From: Bdellovibrionota bacterium
GTDB taxonomy: Bacteria; Bdellovibrionota_G; JALEGL01; DATDPG01
NCBI GenBank assembly: GCA_963668355.1
Contig: OY764265.1
Span: 768,001 to 832,000, forward strand
Direction: 5' to 3'
Length of the DNA stretch: 64,000 nucleotides
A program made the translations under genes and the position numbers. The first letter of the stretch is position 1, and the number at the start of each line of letters is the position of its first letter. Below are positions 1 through 10,594 of this stretch, piece after piece. The notes under the pieces were generated by a model. The model searched no databases, had not been told where the DNA came from, and saw only the letters and a program-made list of their open reading frames with translations.

Positions 1-113
1 ATCCATACTCTGAGTTTTTGGAGAAAGTCTGTGACTACGCCTTTGAATACGACATGAATCGGCCCCCAGCCATCCTCGATGTTAGCCAGGATCAAACATT
101 GCCTTGATAAGGA

Positions 114-1967
114 TTACCCTTCTAAAATTTCAAACACACCTTCGACCCGCCCCAATGGAGCAGACAGCTGAATGCCGGAAACCTCTGAGCGAACGTGGCG
201 AAACGTTTCCTTGGCGATCTTGATTCCTTCCGCAAAAGCGGCTTCCTTACTGGTAGCCTTTTTCATACGGTCCAATAACTCCTGAGGGACGGATGCGCCT
301 GGGACCTCATTATTCATAAACTCCGCATTTCGATAAGAAATCAGGGGCCACAAGCCACAAACCAAAGGAATTTTCACGTGTTGAATACGGCTCAAGAATC
401 GTTCAAAAATTTTGAGGTCAAATATGGGTTGCGTAACCATGTATTCTGCGCCCGCATCAATTTTCCAATCCAATCGCCGCAACTCTTCATCGAGATTGAT
501 GGCTCCGGGATTAACGCCCACAGCCACCGAGAAACCAGCAGGCTCACCAATTTCATTCCCTGCGAGATCCAATCCGTGATTCAACCTCCACAGAAGATTC
601 ACCAGTCCAATGGAATCAAAATCAAACACGGCTTTTGCATTCGGGTACGTACCCAGTTTCGGAGGATCACCTGTAATGGCCAAAATATTTCGAATGCCTA
701 AGGCCCAGGCTCCCAACAAATCCGATTGCATGCCAATTACGTTTCGATCGCGACAAGCGAAGTGAAGAACGGTTTCAACCCCCACTTCCCGCTGCATAAT
801 GACGGAAAGAGACAAGGCAGACATTCTCGCGGAAGCCCTCGGCCCATCGGGAATATTTATGGCATCCACCCCGAAGTGATAGAGCTTGCGTGCTTTTTCA
901 ATTTGCTTGGTCGGTGCAATACCTTTGGGAGAAACCAGTTCGACCATTGTGACAAACTGCTTTTTTTCCAACTTCGTCGCCAATCGAGACTTTTCGATTT
1001 GAGCATAGGGCGTCACGTGCTCCGGAGTTTGAATTTTTTCTTCCGAAACTACGATTTCCGGTCGTTTGGTGGGTTCTAGCGCTTGAATGGCCGCTCTCAT
1101 GGCCCGAATATGAGCCGGATGGGTTCCACAACACCCTCCCACAATGCTAGCTCCGGTTTGAATAAACCGTTTGGCGTACTCAGCCATATACTCCGGAGAG
1201 GCCATGTAAATGCTTCGATGACTAACCCTTTGAGGCCTTCCGGCATTGGGTTGAACGGAAATTGGTTTTTCGGTCAGCTTCTTTAGTTTTTCTAAGGCCC
1301 GCAACATATTCAATGGACCCAAAGAGCAGTTTAACCCCAGAACATCCACCTCATGTTTCGAAATTTCTTTGACGAAATTTTCTAACGACCCGCCTCCAAC
1401 CAAATGGTTCACGTCATCCAATCTCACTTGGGCAACAATGGGAATTTTTGGACTCAAAGACCGAGCCGCCTTGATGCCCTGAACCAACTCCATCACGAAA
1501 GAAAAGGTCTCAAACACAATGAGATCCGCACCTCCATCCAACAAAGGTTGAAGCTGTTCTCGGAACAGCTCCTGAGCTTCTTCGTAGGACATTTTTCCCA
1601 ACGGCTCGATTTGAATTCCCAAGGGGCCCACGGAACCTGCCACCAACACATTTCCGCCGGAAGCTTTCTGCGCTAGGTCCAATCCTTTTCGATTGATATC
1701 GTAAACGTTTCCTTCCAGACCAAAGGAGGCGAGTTTGATGCGATTCGCGCCAAAGGTATTGCTCTCAATGACATCCGCTCCCGCTTCAACATATTCCTCA
1801 TGGACCGACTGAACCAATTGAGGATTGGACAAGTTGAGTTCGTCGAAACACGTATTAATAAAAATGCCCTTTTTATAAAGGTACGTCCCGACACCCCCAT
1901 CAAAAAGTATGGTTTCGTTTTTCAGCCGATCGCGAAATGATTTTTTCAATGTATTCTCCAAGGCCAA
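114..1967 (-). CDS. yitJ: Bifunctional homocysteine S-methyltransferase / methylenetetrahydrofolate reductase
   Basis: N-terminal S-methyltransferase motifs (FDGGVGT, GLNC, GGCCGT) fused to an MTHFR-like domain (ITGDPP, TQPIFD). Confidence 0.9.
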   Translation of the reverse strand: MALENTLKKSFRDRLKNETILFDGGVGTYLYKKGIFINTCFDELNLSNPQLVQSVHEEYVEAGADVIESNTFGANRIKLASFGLEGNVYDINRKGLDLAQKASGGNVLVAGSVGPLGIQIEPLGKMSYEEAQELFREQLQPLLDGGADLIVFETFSFVMELVQGIKAARSLSPKIPIVAQVRLDDVNHLVGGGSLENFVKEISKHEVDVLGLNCSLGPLNMLRALEKLKKLTEKPISVQPNAGRPQRVSHRSIYMASPEYMAEYAKRFIQTGASIVGGCCGTHPAHIRAMRAAIQALEPTKRPEIVVSEEKIQTPEHVTPYAQIEKSRLATKLEKKQFVTMVELVSPKGIAPTKQIEKARKLYHFGVDAINIPDGPRASARMSALSLSVIMQREVGVETVLHFACRDRNVIGMQSDLLGAWALGIRNILAITGDPPKLGTYPNAKAVFDFDSIGLVNLLWRLNHGLDLAGNEIGEPAGFSVAVGVNPGAINLDEELRRLDWKIDAGAEYMVTQPIFDLKIFERFLSRIQHVKIPLVCGLWPLISYRNAEFMNNEVPGASVPQELLDRMKKATSKEAAFAEGIKIAKETFRHVRSEVSGIQLSAPLGRVEGVFEILEG

Positions 1968-1969
1968 AC

Positions 1970-2989
1970 CTAAGGTTGAATCATGACTTTGAGCGTTTTC
2001 CCACCCTCAGAGACCAAACGAAACCCCTCTCCTATTTTTTCCAAGGGAAGGCGATGTGAAATCATGGGCTTCACATGGATGCGATTGGATGCGATCATTT
2101 TCATGGCCGATTGAAGGTCATAGGGAGCGGCACCATAGGACGTGACGATTTTCAATCCATCTCTCCAAAACCGACTGACGGGCAGAGAGAGTTGGGTTCC
2201 TTCTTCGCTCGTCGCAAAAAATTCGATGGTCCCCCCCCGTTCCACGGATTGAAGAGATTGTTCCAAGGCACTCAAAGCCCCCGCACACACCAATACCGTA
2301 TCCGCCAGCATTCCTTTGTTTACACTTCGCACAAACGCAGGAATATCTTCGCTCGCCAAAACCGTATGATCTGCACCAAACAACCTTGCCGCTTCCAAGC
2401 GAGCAGGGTCCACATCCGTGGCAATGATGCGACCAACTCCCGTTGCCCGGGCTAAAGCCATATGGAGAAGGCCCGAAAGCCCACTCCCCAAAACCACCAT
2501 CACTTGACCCGGCTTCACGCCGGCCACCCACTGGCCTCGAATCACGCATCCGAGCGGTTCAACGAACGTAGCCTCTTCATAAGACATTTCGTTAGGGAGG
2601 GGAAACACCCCCCGATCCACATTCAGCGCAGGAACCCTTATGAACTCCGAAAACCCTCCCGGATCCACATTTGTGGTGTGCAAGGTCTCACAAGAGGTGT
2701 GATGACCTTCCAAACAGTATTTGCACTTATTGCAGGGAATATGATGGGAGACACAAACGCGTTGGCCAATCTGATAATCGGACACGCCCGCACCAAGCTC
2801 AACCACCTCTCCAGCGATTTCATGCCCCAACACGCATGGCGCCTTTTTCAGGCGATACCATTCCAGAACATCGCTTCCACAGATCCCACAAGCCTGCATC
2901 TTGACCAACAGTTCGCCGGGCCCAACTTTTGGCGTCGGCCGATCTTCCAGTCGAAGGTCATGATTGTTGTGATAGACCGCAACTTTCAT
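1970..2989 (-). CDS. Zinc-dependent medium-chain alcohol/sugar-alcohol dehydrogenase
   Basis: CGICGSD, GHE, CxxCxxC structural Zn site, GSGLSG; start moved to MKVAVY (ATG 2989) to avoid overlap with lsrF. Confidence 0.88.
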   Translation of the reverse strand: MKVAVYHNNHDLRLEDRPTPKVGPGELLVKMQACGICGSDVLEWYRLKKAPCVLGHEIAGEVVELGAGVSDYQIGQRVCVSHHIPCNKCKYCLEGHHTSCETLHTTNVDPGGFSEFIRVPALNVDRGVFPLPNEMSYEEATFVEPLGCVIRGQWVAGVKPGQVMVVLGSGLSGLLHMALARATGVGRIIATDVDPARLEAARLFGADHTVLASEDIPAFVRSVNKGMLADTVLVCAGALSALEQSLQSVERGGTIEFFATSEEGTQLSLPVSRFWRDGLKIVTSYGAAPYDLQSAMKMIASNRIHVKPMISHRLPLEKIGEGFRLVSEGGKTLKVMIQP

Positions 2990-3002
2990 AAGGCCCTGAA
3001 AA

Positions 3003-3827
3003 TCATTCCTTTCCCCCGGCTTCTTGAAAGACTTCTTTGGCTTCAAGGGGGGTAAGGTTTTGATGGATAAGGGCATGTAAAGCTTTGGCCATGGCCACAG
3101 GTTGTGGATGCTGCCAAACGTTTCGACCCAAGTTTACGCCTATGGCACCTTTGCTGAGTCCGTCATGAACAAACTCAAAAACCTCAGAGGCTTTTTCACA
3201 TTTGGGTCCCCCGGCAATGATGACCGGGACCGGACAGGACTCCGTCACTTTCTCAAAACTCTCACACCAATACGTCTTCACGACCTTTGCCCCCAACTCC
3301 GCAACAATTCGGCAGGCCAGAGACAAATAGCGCGCATCTCGTTTTTCCAATTCCTTTCCGACCGCGGTCACTCCCATTACGGGGACTCCATAATTTTCAC
3401 AGTCATTGACAAGTTGCGTAAGGTTTTGAAGGGTTTGTGATTCCAGCACACTTCCAACAAATACGGAAATTCCCACAGCCGCCACATTCAAACGCACGAT
3501 TTCATCAATGGAAGTGGTGATGATTTCATCCGTCAAATCCCCCAAGACGCTACTGCCACCGGACACTCTCAAAATAACGGGCTGTTTAAAGTCCGGCGAG
3601 AAGCAACTTCGCAACACGCCTCGTGTACAAAAAAGCGCATCTGAAAAAGGTAAGAGATCTTTGACCGTCTCTCCGGGTTGTTCCAACCCATGCGTAGCCC
3701 CCAGAAAATACCCATGGTCGATGGGCATAATAAAACATTTTCCATCGGGTTGAATGATTTGGGTGAGACGGTTTCGCATGCCCCACTCAAGATGCTCACA
3801 TCCTTTGATCTCGGTTTTCACATTCAT
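3003..3827 (-). CDS. lsrF: LsrF-like class I aldolase/thiolase (DhnA family)
   Basis: WGMRNRL, PIDHGYFLG, TAVGKE, ELGAKVVKTY, IAGGPK, GRNVWQ. Confidence 0.8.
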   Translation of the reverse strand: MNVKTEIKGCEHLEWGMRNRLTQIIQPDGKCFIMPIDHGYFLGATHGLEQPGETVKDLLPFSDALFCTRGVLRSCFSPDFKQPVILRVSGGSSVLGDLTDEIITTSIDEIVRLNVAAVGISVFVGSVLESQTLQNLTQLVNDCENYGVPVMGVTAVGKELEKRDARYLSLACRIVAELGAKVVKTYWCESFEKVTESCPVPVIIAGGPKCEKASEVFEFVHDGLSKGAIGVNLGRNVWQHPQPVAMAKALHALIHQNLTPLEAKEVFQEAGGKE

Positions 3828-3872
3828 GGCTTGTGAAAAATATCATGGGGTCCGAGAGGTTGGAAATAATCC

Positions 3873-4532
3873 TTAAAATCGTTGGAGAAACATTCCACCA
3901 CTTAAAACGGCCAACGACACCAAACCAGCCACAATCAGGAGAGCTACAAAGGCTGCGGATTTTTGTGCACTGAGATTGCATCGCAGCCGGGCAAAAAGAA
4001 ACAAGATGTAAAGAACCCAAACTTGCCCCACGAGAGACACCACGGACGAAACCAAGCCCAATACAGCCACAGCCGGCCCCACAAAACTGAGTTGGGCCAT
4101 CAGAAAGCTACTGCGATAAAAACCTGCCTTCTTTTTGAAGATCAACATGACGCCATGAACAATGATGCCGGCAATGAACACCCCCACAACCCCCATGACA
4201 ATGCCATTTAGGACATGTCGAAGCGCTCCAAGCCCAACAAACTTGTACAGAGATCCCGCGAGAACAAAGCCTTGCAACACCCCACTGGTAACTGCGTAGG
4301 TGAGAACGGGTTCCCAAGAACCTTTGATAGGAAGGGCCTTGAGAGTCTTTTCAGGATCAAGGATGTAGATCTTAATGATTCCAGGCCAAGCCTGGAGAAG
4401 CGAGACCACCCGTTCCTTCAAGCCCTCTTGAGGGTCAGAGTTTGAATCGTTCTCCGTTACCAGAGCCTCTTCTTTGGGTTGGGTTGTTTCGCTCAATTTC
4501 ATGGCCTCCGATGGGGAAGAATACACGTTCAT
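3873..4532 (-). CDS. Multi-pass membrane protein, possibly Yip1 family
   Basis: About five hydrophobic segments after a polar N-terminus; start uncertain. Confidence 0.55.
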   Translation of the reverse strand: MNVYSSPSEAMKLSETTQPKEEALVTENDSNSDPQEGLKERVVSLLQAWPGIIKIYILDPEKTLKALPIKGSWEPVLTYAVTSGVLQGFVLAGSLYKFVGLGALRHVLNGIVMGVVGVFIAGIIVHGVMLIFKKKAGFYRSSFLMAQLSFVGPAVAVLGLVSSVVSLVGQVWVLYILFLFARLRCNLSAQKSAAFVALLIVAGLVSLAVLSGGMFLQRF

Positions 4533-4623
4533 TCTTCAATTCTCCACGCTTCTTACGTACGCCTTCAACTTTTCGAAATGGACATGTTAGAGTTGAAGAA
4601 GGACTTTCAAACAAAAGGAAATC

Positions 4624-5046
4624 ATGGAATTCGTAAAATGGGACCGGAAACTGGCTTTGGGAATTGATGAAATCGACCAACAACATCGTGTTTTCATTGA
4701 GATTCTTCAAAAGCTTTACGAAGTATGTCTCACGCCTGATTCCAAAAGCATCTTTTCGGCGGCCCTTCAAGAATTGTTGGAGTATTCCGACTATCATTTC
4801 ATGGCCGAGGAGACGTTCATGCGCAAACATGACTATCCAGAACTTTCCTCTCATCAGCTAGAGCACAGAAAGTTCACACAAAAAATAGAGACGCTTCAGG
4901 AGTCAAAATCTTTTGGAGGAAAAACGTTTTCAATGGAAGTCATTACATTTCTTCGAGATTGGTTCATCGAACACATCCAAGGAACGGATCAACAGTTCGC
5001 GGCCTTTTTAAGGGAGCGGAAGCTCGTGAATACGTCCGTTTCCTAA
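4624..5046 (+). CDS. Bacteriohemerythrin
   Basis: IDQQH, HFMAEE, HQLEH, HIQGTD di-iron ligands; AAAGGA RBS. Confidence 0.92.
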   Translation: MEFVKWDRKLALGIDEIDQQHRVFIEILQKLYEVCLTPDSKSIFSAALQELLEYSDYHFMAEETFMRKHDYPELSSHQLEHRKFTQKIETLQESKSFGGKTFSMEVITFLRDWFIEHIQGTDQQFAAFLRERKLVNTSVS

Positions 5047-5050
5047 AGAT

Positions 5051-6901
5051 TCACTCTGCATCCACGCGGACCAGGTCCGAATCCAAATGATCCTCCGAGC
5101 GCAGAACCAACTCTCCCCCTCCCACCATGGAAATCACACCATTCTTATAAAATGATCTGGCACTGGCCCCATGCCACGCATAGGGAGATTCTTGGGGAAA
5201 GAGAGAGGTCCCGAGAAGAGAAAATCCGTCTTCCAGACTCGTTTGATAAATATAGAATCCCTCTTTCCAATCAGTCCAGTCTTCATAGGTAGCGACTGGT
5301 AGTACCAGGAGTCCATTTTCGGGGATAAAGCGAAAAGCATGATGATCATACATCGCCTCCGAGCTGCTATAGTCCGTTCCAATTTCTTCTCGAAACAGGA
5401 GGGTCGGAGCCGTCAGGTCTCGGACATCAAAAAGAGACAAAGCTACTTGACTGGTAGCCCCAAAAGCATTTCCACTCTGCCCAATGGACAGAAGATAGCC
5501 TTCCTCAAAGGGGTGAAGATAGGTTGAGAATCCTGGGATTTCCAATTCTCCTTTGAGTTCGGGACTCGTGGGGTCTGAAAGATCAATGGAAAAAAGTGGA
5601 TCGGTTTGTTCAAACGTAACGACAAATGCCTTGTCACTCATGAATCGAGCGGCATAGATTCGTTCCCCATCCCCGAAGCCTTCGACCGAACCCACTAAAT
5701 CGGGATCTCCTTCCACCAGCTCATAAACGAATACACCATTGCTGGAAGGCATCCACCTTTGAATATCCTCGTCCAAGTCGTCCCGATACGTACTGGCGAC
5801 ACGAAAATGCCCATCAAATTCGTCCATCGAAAATTGATTGTTGATGTAGCCAGGAACGTTCACTGTGCCTACATACTCAGGAGATTCGGAAAGACGGAAT
5901 TGATGAATCGGGGTTTCAAAACTCCACCCGCGCGAAGCCACAAAGGCATTGGACGTGGAAACATAAATTTGAGAAGCGTTCGATGCGGCCACACACTTCG
6001 CCTTGGGTTCATTTTCCAAGTGTTGGATGTTTACGGATGAAACACAGATAAGATTTGAGGGCGCGTTCCAAAATACAGGGTCGTCGACAGCCCTCTCCAA
6101 CACCGCAGGCTCTAAGAAGACATCCGTGCATTCACAGACCGTGTTTTCTTCCTCAAGAGATCTCGTCTTGTGCAAGAGACTCTGAATATCAAGTTCTTCG
6201 GAAGACGCTTGCATCCGAAGTCCATCGATTTCAGGACTGACAAACGGTTCCGCATCGTAGGTGGAAACATATCCACGAACACCTTTGCTCGTAAACAGAT
6301 AGACTTGATCATCAATCAGACGCGCACCTTGAAGTTGACCATCCAGGCTTCGACGTGTGGAGAGAGAAAGCATTCCCGTCTCCAAGCGATCAAACACATG
6401 AAGCAAGACCCCTCGTGAATCCGCATCTACGACCATGAGTTGATCGCTGGTTAAGAACAAACCCGTTTTTCCCTCACCCACGGAATACGGATAGGAAACT
6501 TCCGATGAGATTGGCTGAGGGCCATCTCCTAAGTCGATGGATTGAATCACACCGGCCTGCTCCACGGGGTTTCGTCTTAAGACGATGAGTTCTTCATCAC
6601 TCAAGCGATAAATGAAATCCCCATCGGCCTTCATCGAATCAAGCTCATCCACTCCAGAAACCTGAATATTGGTTTCACCCACCACAGAATCGTTCGAGGC
6701 CGATTCATCCGCCCCAGCAACCAAATCCGTTTCGACGTTCAACAAAGCCCTTTCCGAGATTTGCCTGGTAAAAACCTCAGTGAGTTCCTCACAGGAAGAA
6801 GAGAGACGAAGGTGGGTATCTCCCGATCGAAGGGTTATGGGATCACTCTCACAAGCTGCAAAAAGGGGAATGAAAAGTAAGCAAAATCCGAGACGCTTCA
6901 T
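5051..6901 (-). CDS. Beta-propeller domain lipoprotein (Beta_propel family)
   Basis: Lipobox LFAAC; TNIQVSGVDE, NQFSMDEFDGHFRVA, VTFEQTDPLF, GELEIPGFSTYLHP. Confidence 0.85.
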   Translation of the reverse strand: MKRLGFCLLFIPLFAACESDPITLRSGDTHLRLSSSCEELTEVFTRQISERALLNVETDLVAGADESASNDSVVGETNIQVSGVDELDSMKADGDFIYRLSDEELIVLRRNPVEQAGVIQSIDLGDGPQPISSEVSYPYSVGEGKTGLFLTSDQLMVVDADSRGVLLHVFDRLETGMLSLSTRRSLDGQLQGARLIDDQVYLFTSKGVRGYVSTYDAEPFVSPEIDGLRMQASSEELDIQSLLHKTRSLEEENTVCECTDVFLEPAVLERAVDDPVFWNAPSNLICVSSVNIQHLENEPKAKCVAASNASQIYVSTSNAFVASRGWSFETPIHQFRLSESPEYVGTVNVPGYINNQFSMDEFDGHFRVASTYRDDLDEDIQRWMPSSNGVFVYELVEGDPDLVGSVEGFGDGERIYAARFMSDKAFVVTFEQTDPLFSIDLSDPTSPELKGELEIPGFSTYLHPFEEGYLLSIGQSGNAFGATSQVALSLFDVRDLTAPTLLFREEIGTDYSSSEAMYDHHAFRFIPENGLLVLPVATYEDWTDWKEGFYIYQTSLEDGFSLLGTSLFPQESPYAWHGASARSFYKNGVISMVGGGELVLRSEDHLDSDLVRVDAE

Positions 6902-7071
6902 TGAGAACTCCTTGGCTGTCATTCTCTTTAGTTTACAAAGGAAAACCCCAAGAAAACCATTTGAAAGTTAATGTTTTCTAATTTTTTGTTAACAGCCGTT
7001 ACCAAACAAGAGTTATTCTTAAATGTTTTCGGGAAGTTATGAAAATCCCCACAGAGACCCAAATCGAACTT

Positions 7072-8469
7072 CTACTTCCACAGAGAAGTCATCATATCGC
7101 GAACCTCAGGAATTCCTCCTTGCAAGACAATGTATCCGTCATGAGGTTCTCGCTCCGTGATTTCCCGACAAACCGGTGTGAGCATGATGTTTTTCACCTC
7201 TTCTCGGTCATGCGTTTGTCCCAAGGCCCAAATCAATTTCACATAAGCCGTTTCGGGAATCATGTTCCCCACAGGAACAACCCCTAAATCCATCAAGTCC
7301 CTGCCGGTATCATAGACGTACATTTGGGTGTATCCCCACAGGGTTTCAACCGTCATAAAGATATGAACGCCAGCTTCAATGGCTTTCGCAAGAGAGGGAA
7401 AGAGAGGTCGATTCACATGCCCCAAACCCGTTCCCGCAATGACAATTCCTTTATAGCCATTGTCCACTAAGGAATCGATCATATCCGGCTTCATATTTGG
7501 GTAATAATAGAGCAAGGAAACGCGATCATCACAGCTGGTATTCAATCGCACTTTTCGATTTGGATCTCTGACAAGGTAATCGCTTCGCAAAGGACGAATT
7601 TCTTTTTGAGAGACCGTCGCCAAAGGAATATCTCCGATCGTTCGGAATGTTGAACGATAAGAGGAGTGCATCTTTCGAACCCTCGTTCCCGTATGCAAAA
7701 GACCGTACTCGTCGGACGTCGGACCAAACATGGAAACCATGACTTCGGCAATGTCACAAGAGCCTGCCGCATGAGCAGAGTGAATCAAATTCAACGCTGC
7801 ATCGGAGGATGGTCGGTCCGAACTTCTTTGGGACCCCACAAGAATGATGGGAACGGGGGAATTCTGAACCATGAAAGACAACGCCGCCGAAGAATAATGC
7901 ATGGTATCCGTGCCATGACCAATGATCACGCCATGCACACCCTTTTTGATCTCTTCGACAACAGCCTCTGCCATAACGGTCCAATGTTCGGCGGAAATAT
8001 TCTCGGAAAACACACCGAGAAGTTTCTTGGTGGAAAGATTGCAATAGTCGGCCAACTCCGGAACAGCCCCATACAACTCTCCAGGAGAAAAGGCCGGAAT
8101 GACTGCCCCTGTACGATAGTCCAAACGACTGGCAATGGTTCCTCCGGTTCCCAACAAACTTACATTGGGTTTGGATCGATCCACGGGGAACTCCTGCTCG
8201 GGGATCTTATAATGAGCTTTGCGTTTCCCAAGAACATGGATGCCCTTGATCCGCTTTGCCAACAAGCCCACGTTATATCCCGTATCGAGCTTTAGCACGA
8301 CATGATGCTCATCCGCTGTTTCCGACCGAGGAAGAACAATTCCTTTGAAGATTCCGTCCAGGGTTTCCACCTCTACTTCACTCCAAATTTTTGCATCATA
8401 CTTCGTCAGCACGTCCAAGGAAGGAGATCGATAACCTTTGAAAGATTCGTTTTTTTCTGTGTTTGTCAC
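7072..8469 (-). CDS. gatD: Glu-tRNA(Gln) amidotransferase subunit D (archaeal-type, asparaginase-like)
   Basis: GatD N-domain VLKLDTGYNVG; GTGGTIASRLDYRTGAV; HGTDTM; GSQRSSDRPSSD; 7 bp from gatE. Confidence 0.93.
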   Translation of the reverse strand: MTNTEKNESFKGYRSPSLDVLTKYDAKIWSEVEVETLDGIFKGIVLPRSETADEHHVVLKLDTGYNVGLLAKRIKGIHVLGKRKAHYKIPEQEFPVDRSKPNVSLLGTGGTIASRLDYRTGAVIPAFSPGELYGAVPELADYCNLSTKKLLGVFSENISAEHWTVMAEAVVEEIKKGVHGVIIGHGTDTMHYSSAALSFMVQNSPVPIILVGSQRSSDRPSSDAALNLIHSAHAAGSCDIAEVMVSMFGPTSDEYGLLHTGTRVRKMHSSYRSTFRTIGDIPLATVSQKEIRPLRSDYLVRDPNRKVRLNTSCDDRVSLLYYYPNMKPDMIDSLVDNGYKGIVIAGTGLGHVNRPLFPSLAKAIEAGVHIFMTVETLWGYTQMYVYDTGRDLMDLGVVPVGNMIPETAYVKLIWALGQTHDREEVKNIMLTPVCREITEREPHDGYIVLQGGIPEVRDMMTSLWK

Positions 8470-8476
8470 GACCGGT

Positions 8477-10594
8477 TCAACCTTCTTTCCTCTTCAGCGA
8501 AATTACATTGTCCCCTGAGGTTTGTTGCGGGTGCCTTTGGCAGTATTCTTTAACGGCGCGCAAAACATCCCCTCCTTTGACCAAGCCCTGGAAACGCTTC
8601 ATCAACGGACGCATCAATGCATCGACTCTTTTTTTCTCCTCTGCATAAAAAGGCTGATCTCGCTCTCCACAAAGTCTGGATATTTCCTCATCACCGATCT
8701 TGAGTGGAACCTTTCCCTGAACCAATTCCGGGAATTCTTCCATAAGAATGGCCTCCAAGCGCTGCTTCGAATGGAGATGATCTTGTTCTGCCGGAACCCC
8801 TTTGGAACGCAACAACGCCAATCGCTCCAGGAGCCAAGGCAGCCCTTCACGATGAAACTTTCCTTCAACCACCAAACCAAAGACCAAACGCAGATCCTCT
8901 TTTCCAAGACCATCTGCCGGAATGCCTTTTCTGCGAAGTGAAGTTAAGACTTCCAATAAGCCCCATGCCACAATCTTTGCGCTTTGCTGCGCTTCCGGAG
9001 TTTTCATAAGCTCCAGAAACAGATCAAAATGTGGCGAAATCACCATCGCAGGCAACCATTGGTCAGGAAGAGACAGATGGGAAAGCGCCTCCTCTCTCTT
9101 CCAAGGAGTAAGAGGTAGATGCGCTTCGATTTCCTGGGTTTCTTCTTTGGAGAGAGCGATGGGTGGTAGATCCGTATCCGGATACATTCGATTGGGACCG
9201 GGCAAAACGCGTTCAAAATCGGTGTTTCCATTTTCCAGAGGCATTCGAGTTTCGTGTGGTACACCTTCCAACGCTTCCACCATTCGATCTTGAATTTCGT
9301 TCAACGCGGTTTGAGTATCTTTCTCACTCCCCCACACGATCACAATCGCATCTTCTTCCGAAGCGCGAACCCGAGAAACAATTTTGCTCCACTCAAACTC
9401 CGAGGGTCCGACCCACGGACTCACTTCGGAAGGAAGTAAATCGTGTCGAGCCATTCCAAACCCAACTTCCTCATCTCGAACAAAGAGATTCATGGGCTGA
9501 TCCAAACAAGCAATGACCCGGATTCGTCCACTCAATTCTTGAGGAAAAGCCAGACCCGGTTGAACCCAGGCCTTCATCACTTTTCGAGCTCCACGTATCA
9601 CAAAGGCTTTAGCCAACGCTCCTTGTTGAATGGCCTCCCTCAAAAGAGGGGACGAGGTATTTTGCAACAGATCCGTGATACCCGCGGATCCACCCCGAAT
9701 ATTTTCGGGATTCAAACCGAGCTTGATCAAGTGGTCTTTAATATCCAACAGTCTTCGTTGCCTGAGGGCCTCATTATGAACCAGCCGGGGAATCATCGAG
9801 ATACGACTTACACCTTTGATTTCAACCCTGCGGCCCCCTTCTACGCTCACATTCACGTCTTGCCTCGCCGCCCCAATTCCTCGACGAACCTTTCCCGTCA
9901 CACGCGCCACGCTTCCGATCAGTTCACAAACCTCGGCTACCTCTTGAGGTGTTTTCATGTCCGCATCCGTAACCGTTTCCGTTAAAGGCATGCTCAACCG
10001 ATCCGTTCGAAACAAAATGCGATGTCCCTCATCGGAGACTTCCCGACACGAGTCTTCCTCGATGGAGATTTGTGTGATTCCAATCGTCTTATCGCGAAAC
10101 GGAATTTGACCTCGGCCACCGATGATTGCCGTTCGTTGAAATCCGGTCGGAATCGAGCCATCCAGGTATTGCTTACGAACGACGTGAATCTCATCCACTT
10201 TTTGACAGTTCATGAGATAAGAAATTTCAAGGGCGATGTGAAGTGCCTGCCGATTCATCATAAACGGAGGCGTGTCATCCATTTCATACGTACAAACATT
10301 TTCCCGACTCAGTAAATAAACGATGTCTTTTTTGGTTTTAAACTCCATCAATGCCGTTCCGTCATACTCACCCAGTTCCGACAATGTGGGTCGCATATGT
10401 CTTAAAATGGAGGCATCATGCTCTTTGACATATTTTCCAGCAGGGCAATGACAAAACAGCTTTTTTTCAGTCAAAAGCTGTTGATGGACCTCAAGGCCCG
10501 ATTTAAATCCAAGATCCGCATAAAATGCATCGTCTTGAATCTCCCCATCCAGAGGTGAAAAAATTGAATTCACGGATTGTCCTTGTTCTTTCAT
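8477..10594 (-). CDS. gatE: Glu-tRNA(Gln) amidotransferase subunit E (archaeal-type)
   Basis: GLEVHQQL..KLFC, RPTLSELGEYD, DGSIPTGFQRT, EEDS, RRGIGAARQDVNVS, RMYPDTD; insertion-domain length typical of GatE rather than GatB. Confidence 0.93.
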   Translation of the reverse strand: MKEQGQSVNSIFSPLDGEIQDDAFYADLGFKSGLEVHQQLLTEKKLFCHCPAGKYVKEHDASILRHMRPTLSELGEYDGTALMEFKTKKDIVYLLSRENVCTYEMDDTPPFMMNRQALHIALEISYLMNCQKVDEIHVVRKQYLDGSIPTGFQRTAIIGGRGQIPFRDKTIGITQISIEEDSCREVSDEGHRILFRTDRLSMPLTETVTDADMKTPQEVAEVCELIGSVARVTGKVRRGIGAARQDVNVSVEGGRRVEIKGVSRISMIPRLVHNEALRQRRLLDIKDHLIKLGLNPENIRGGSAGITDLLQNTSSPLLREAIQQGALAKAFVIRGARKVMKAWVQPGLAFPQELSGRIRVIACLDQPMNLFVRDEEVGFGMARHDLLPSEVSPWVGPSEFEWSKIVSRVRASEEDAIVIVWGSEKDTQTALNEIQDRMVEALEGVPHETRMPLENGNTDFERVLPGPNRMYPDTDLPPIALSKEETQEIEAHLPLTPWKREEALSHLSLPDQWLPAMVISPHFDLFLELMKTPEAQQSAKIVAWGLLEVLTSLRRKGIPADGLGKEDLRLVFGLVVEGKFHREGLPWLLERLALLRSKGVPAEQDHLHSKQRLEAILMEEFPELVQGKVPLKIGDEEISRLCGERDQPFYAEEKKRVDALMRPLMKRFQGLVKGGDVLRAVKEYCQRHPQQTSGDNVISLKRKEG

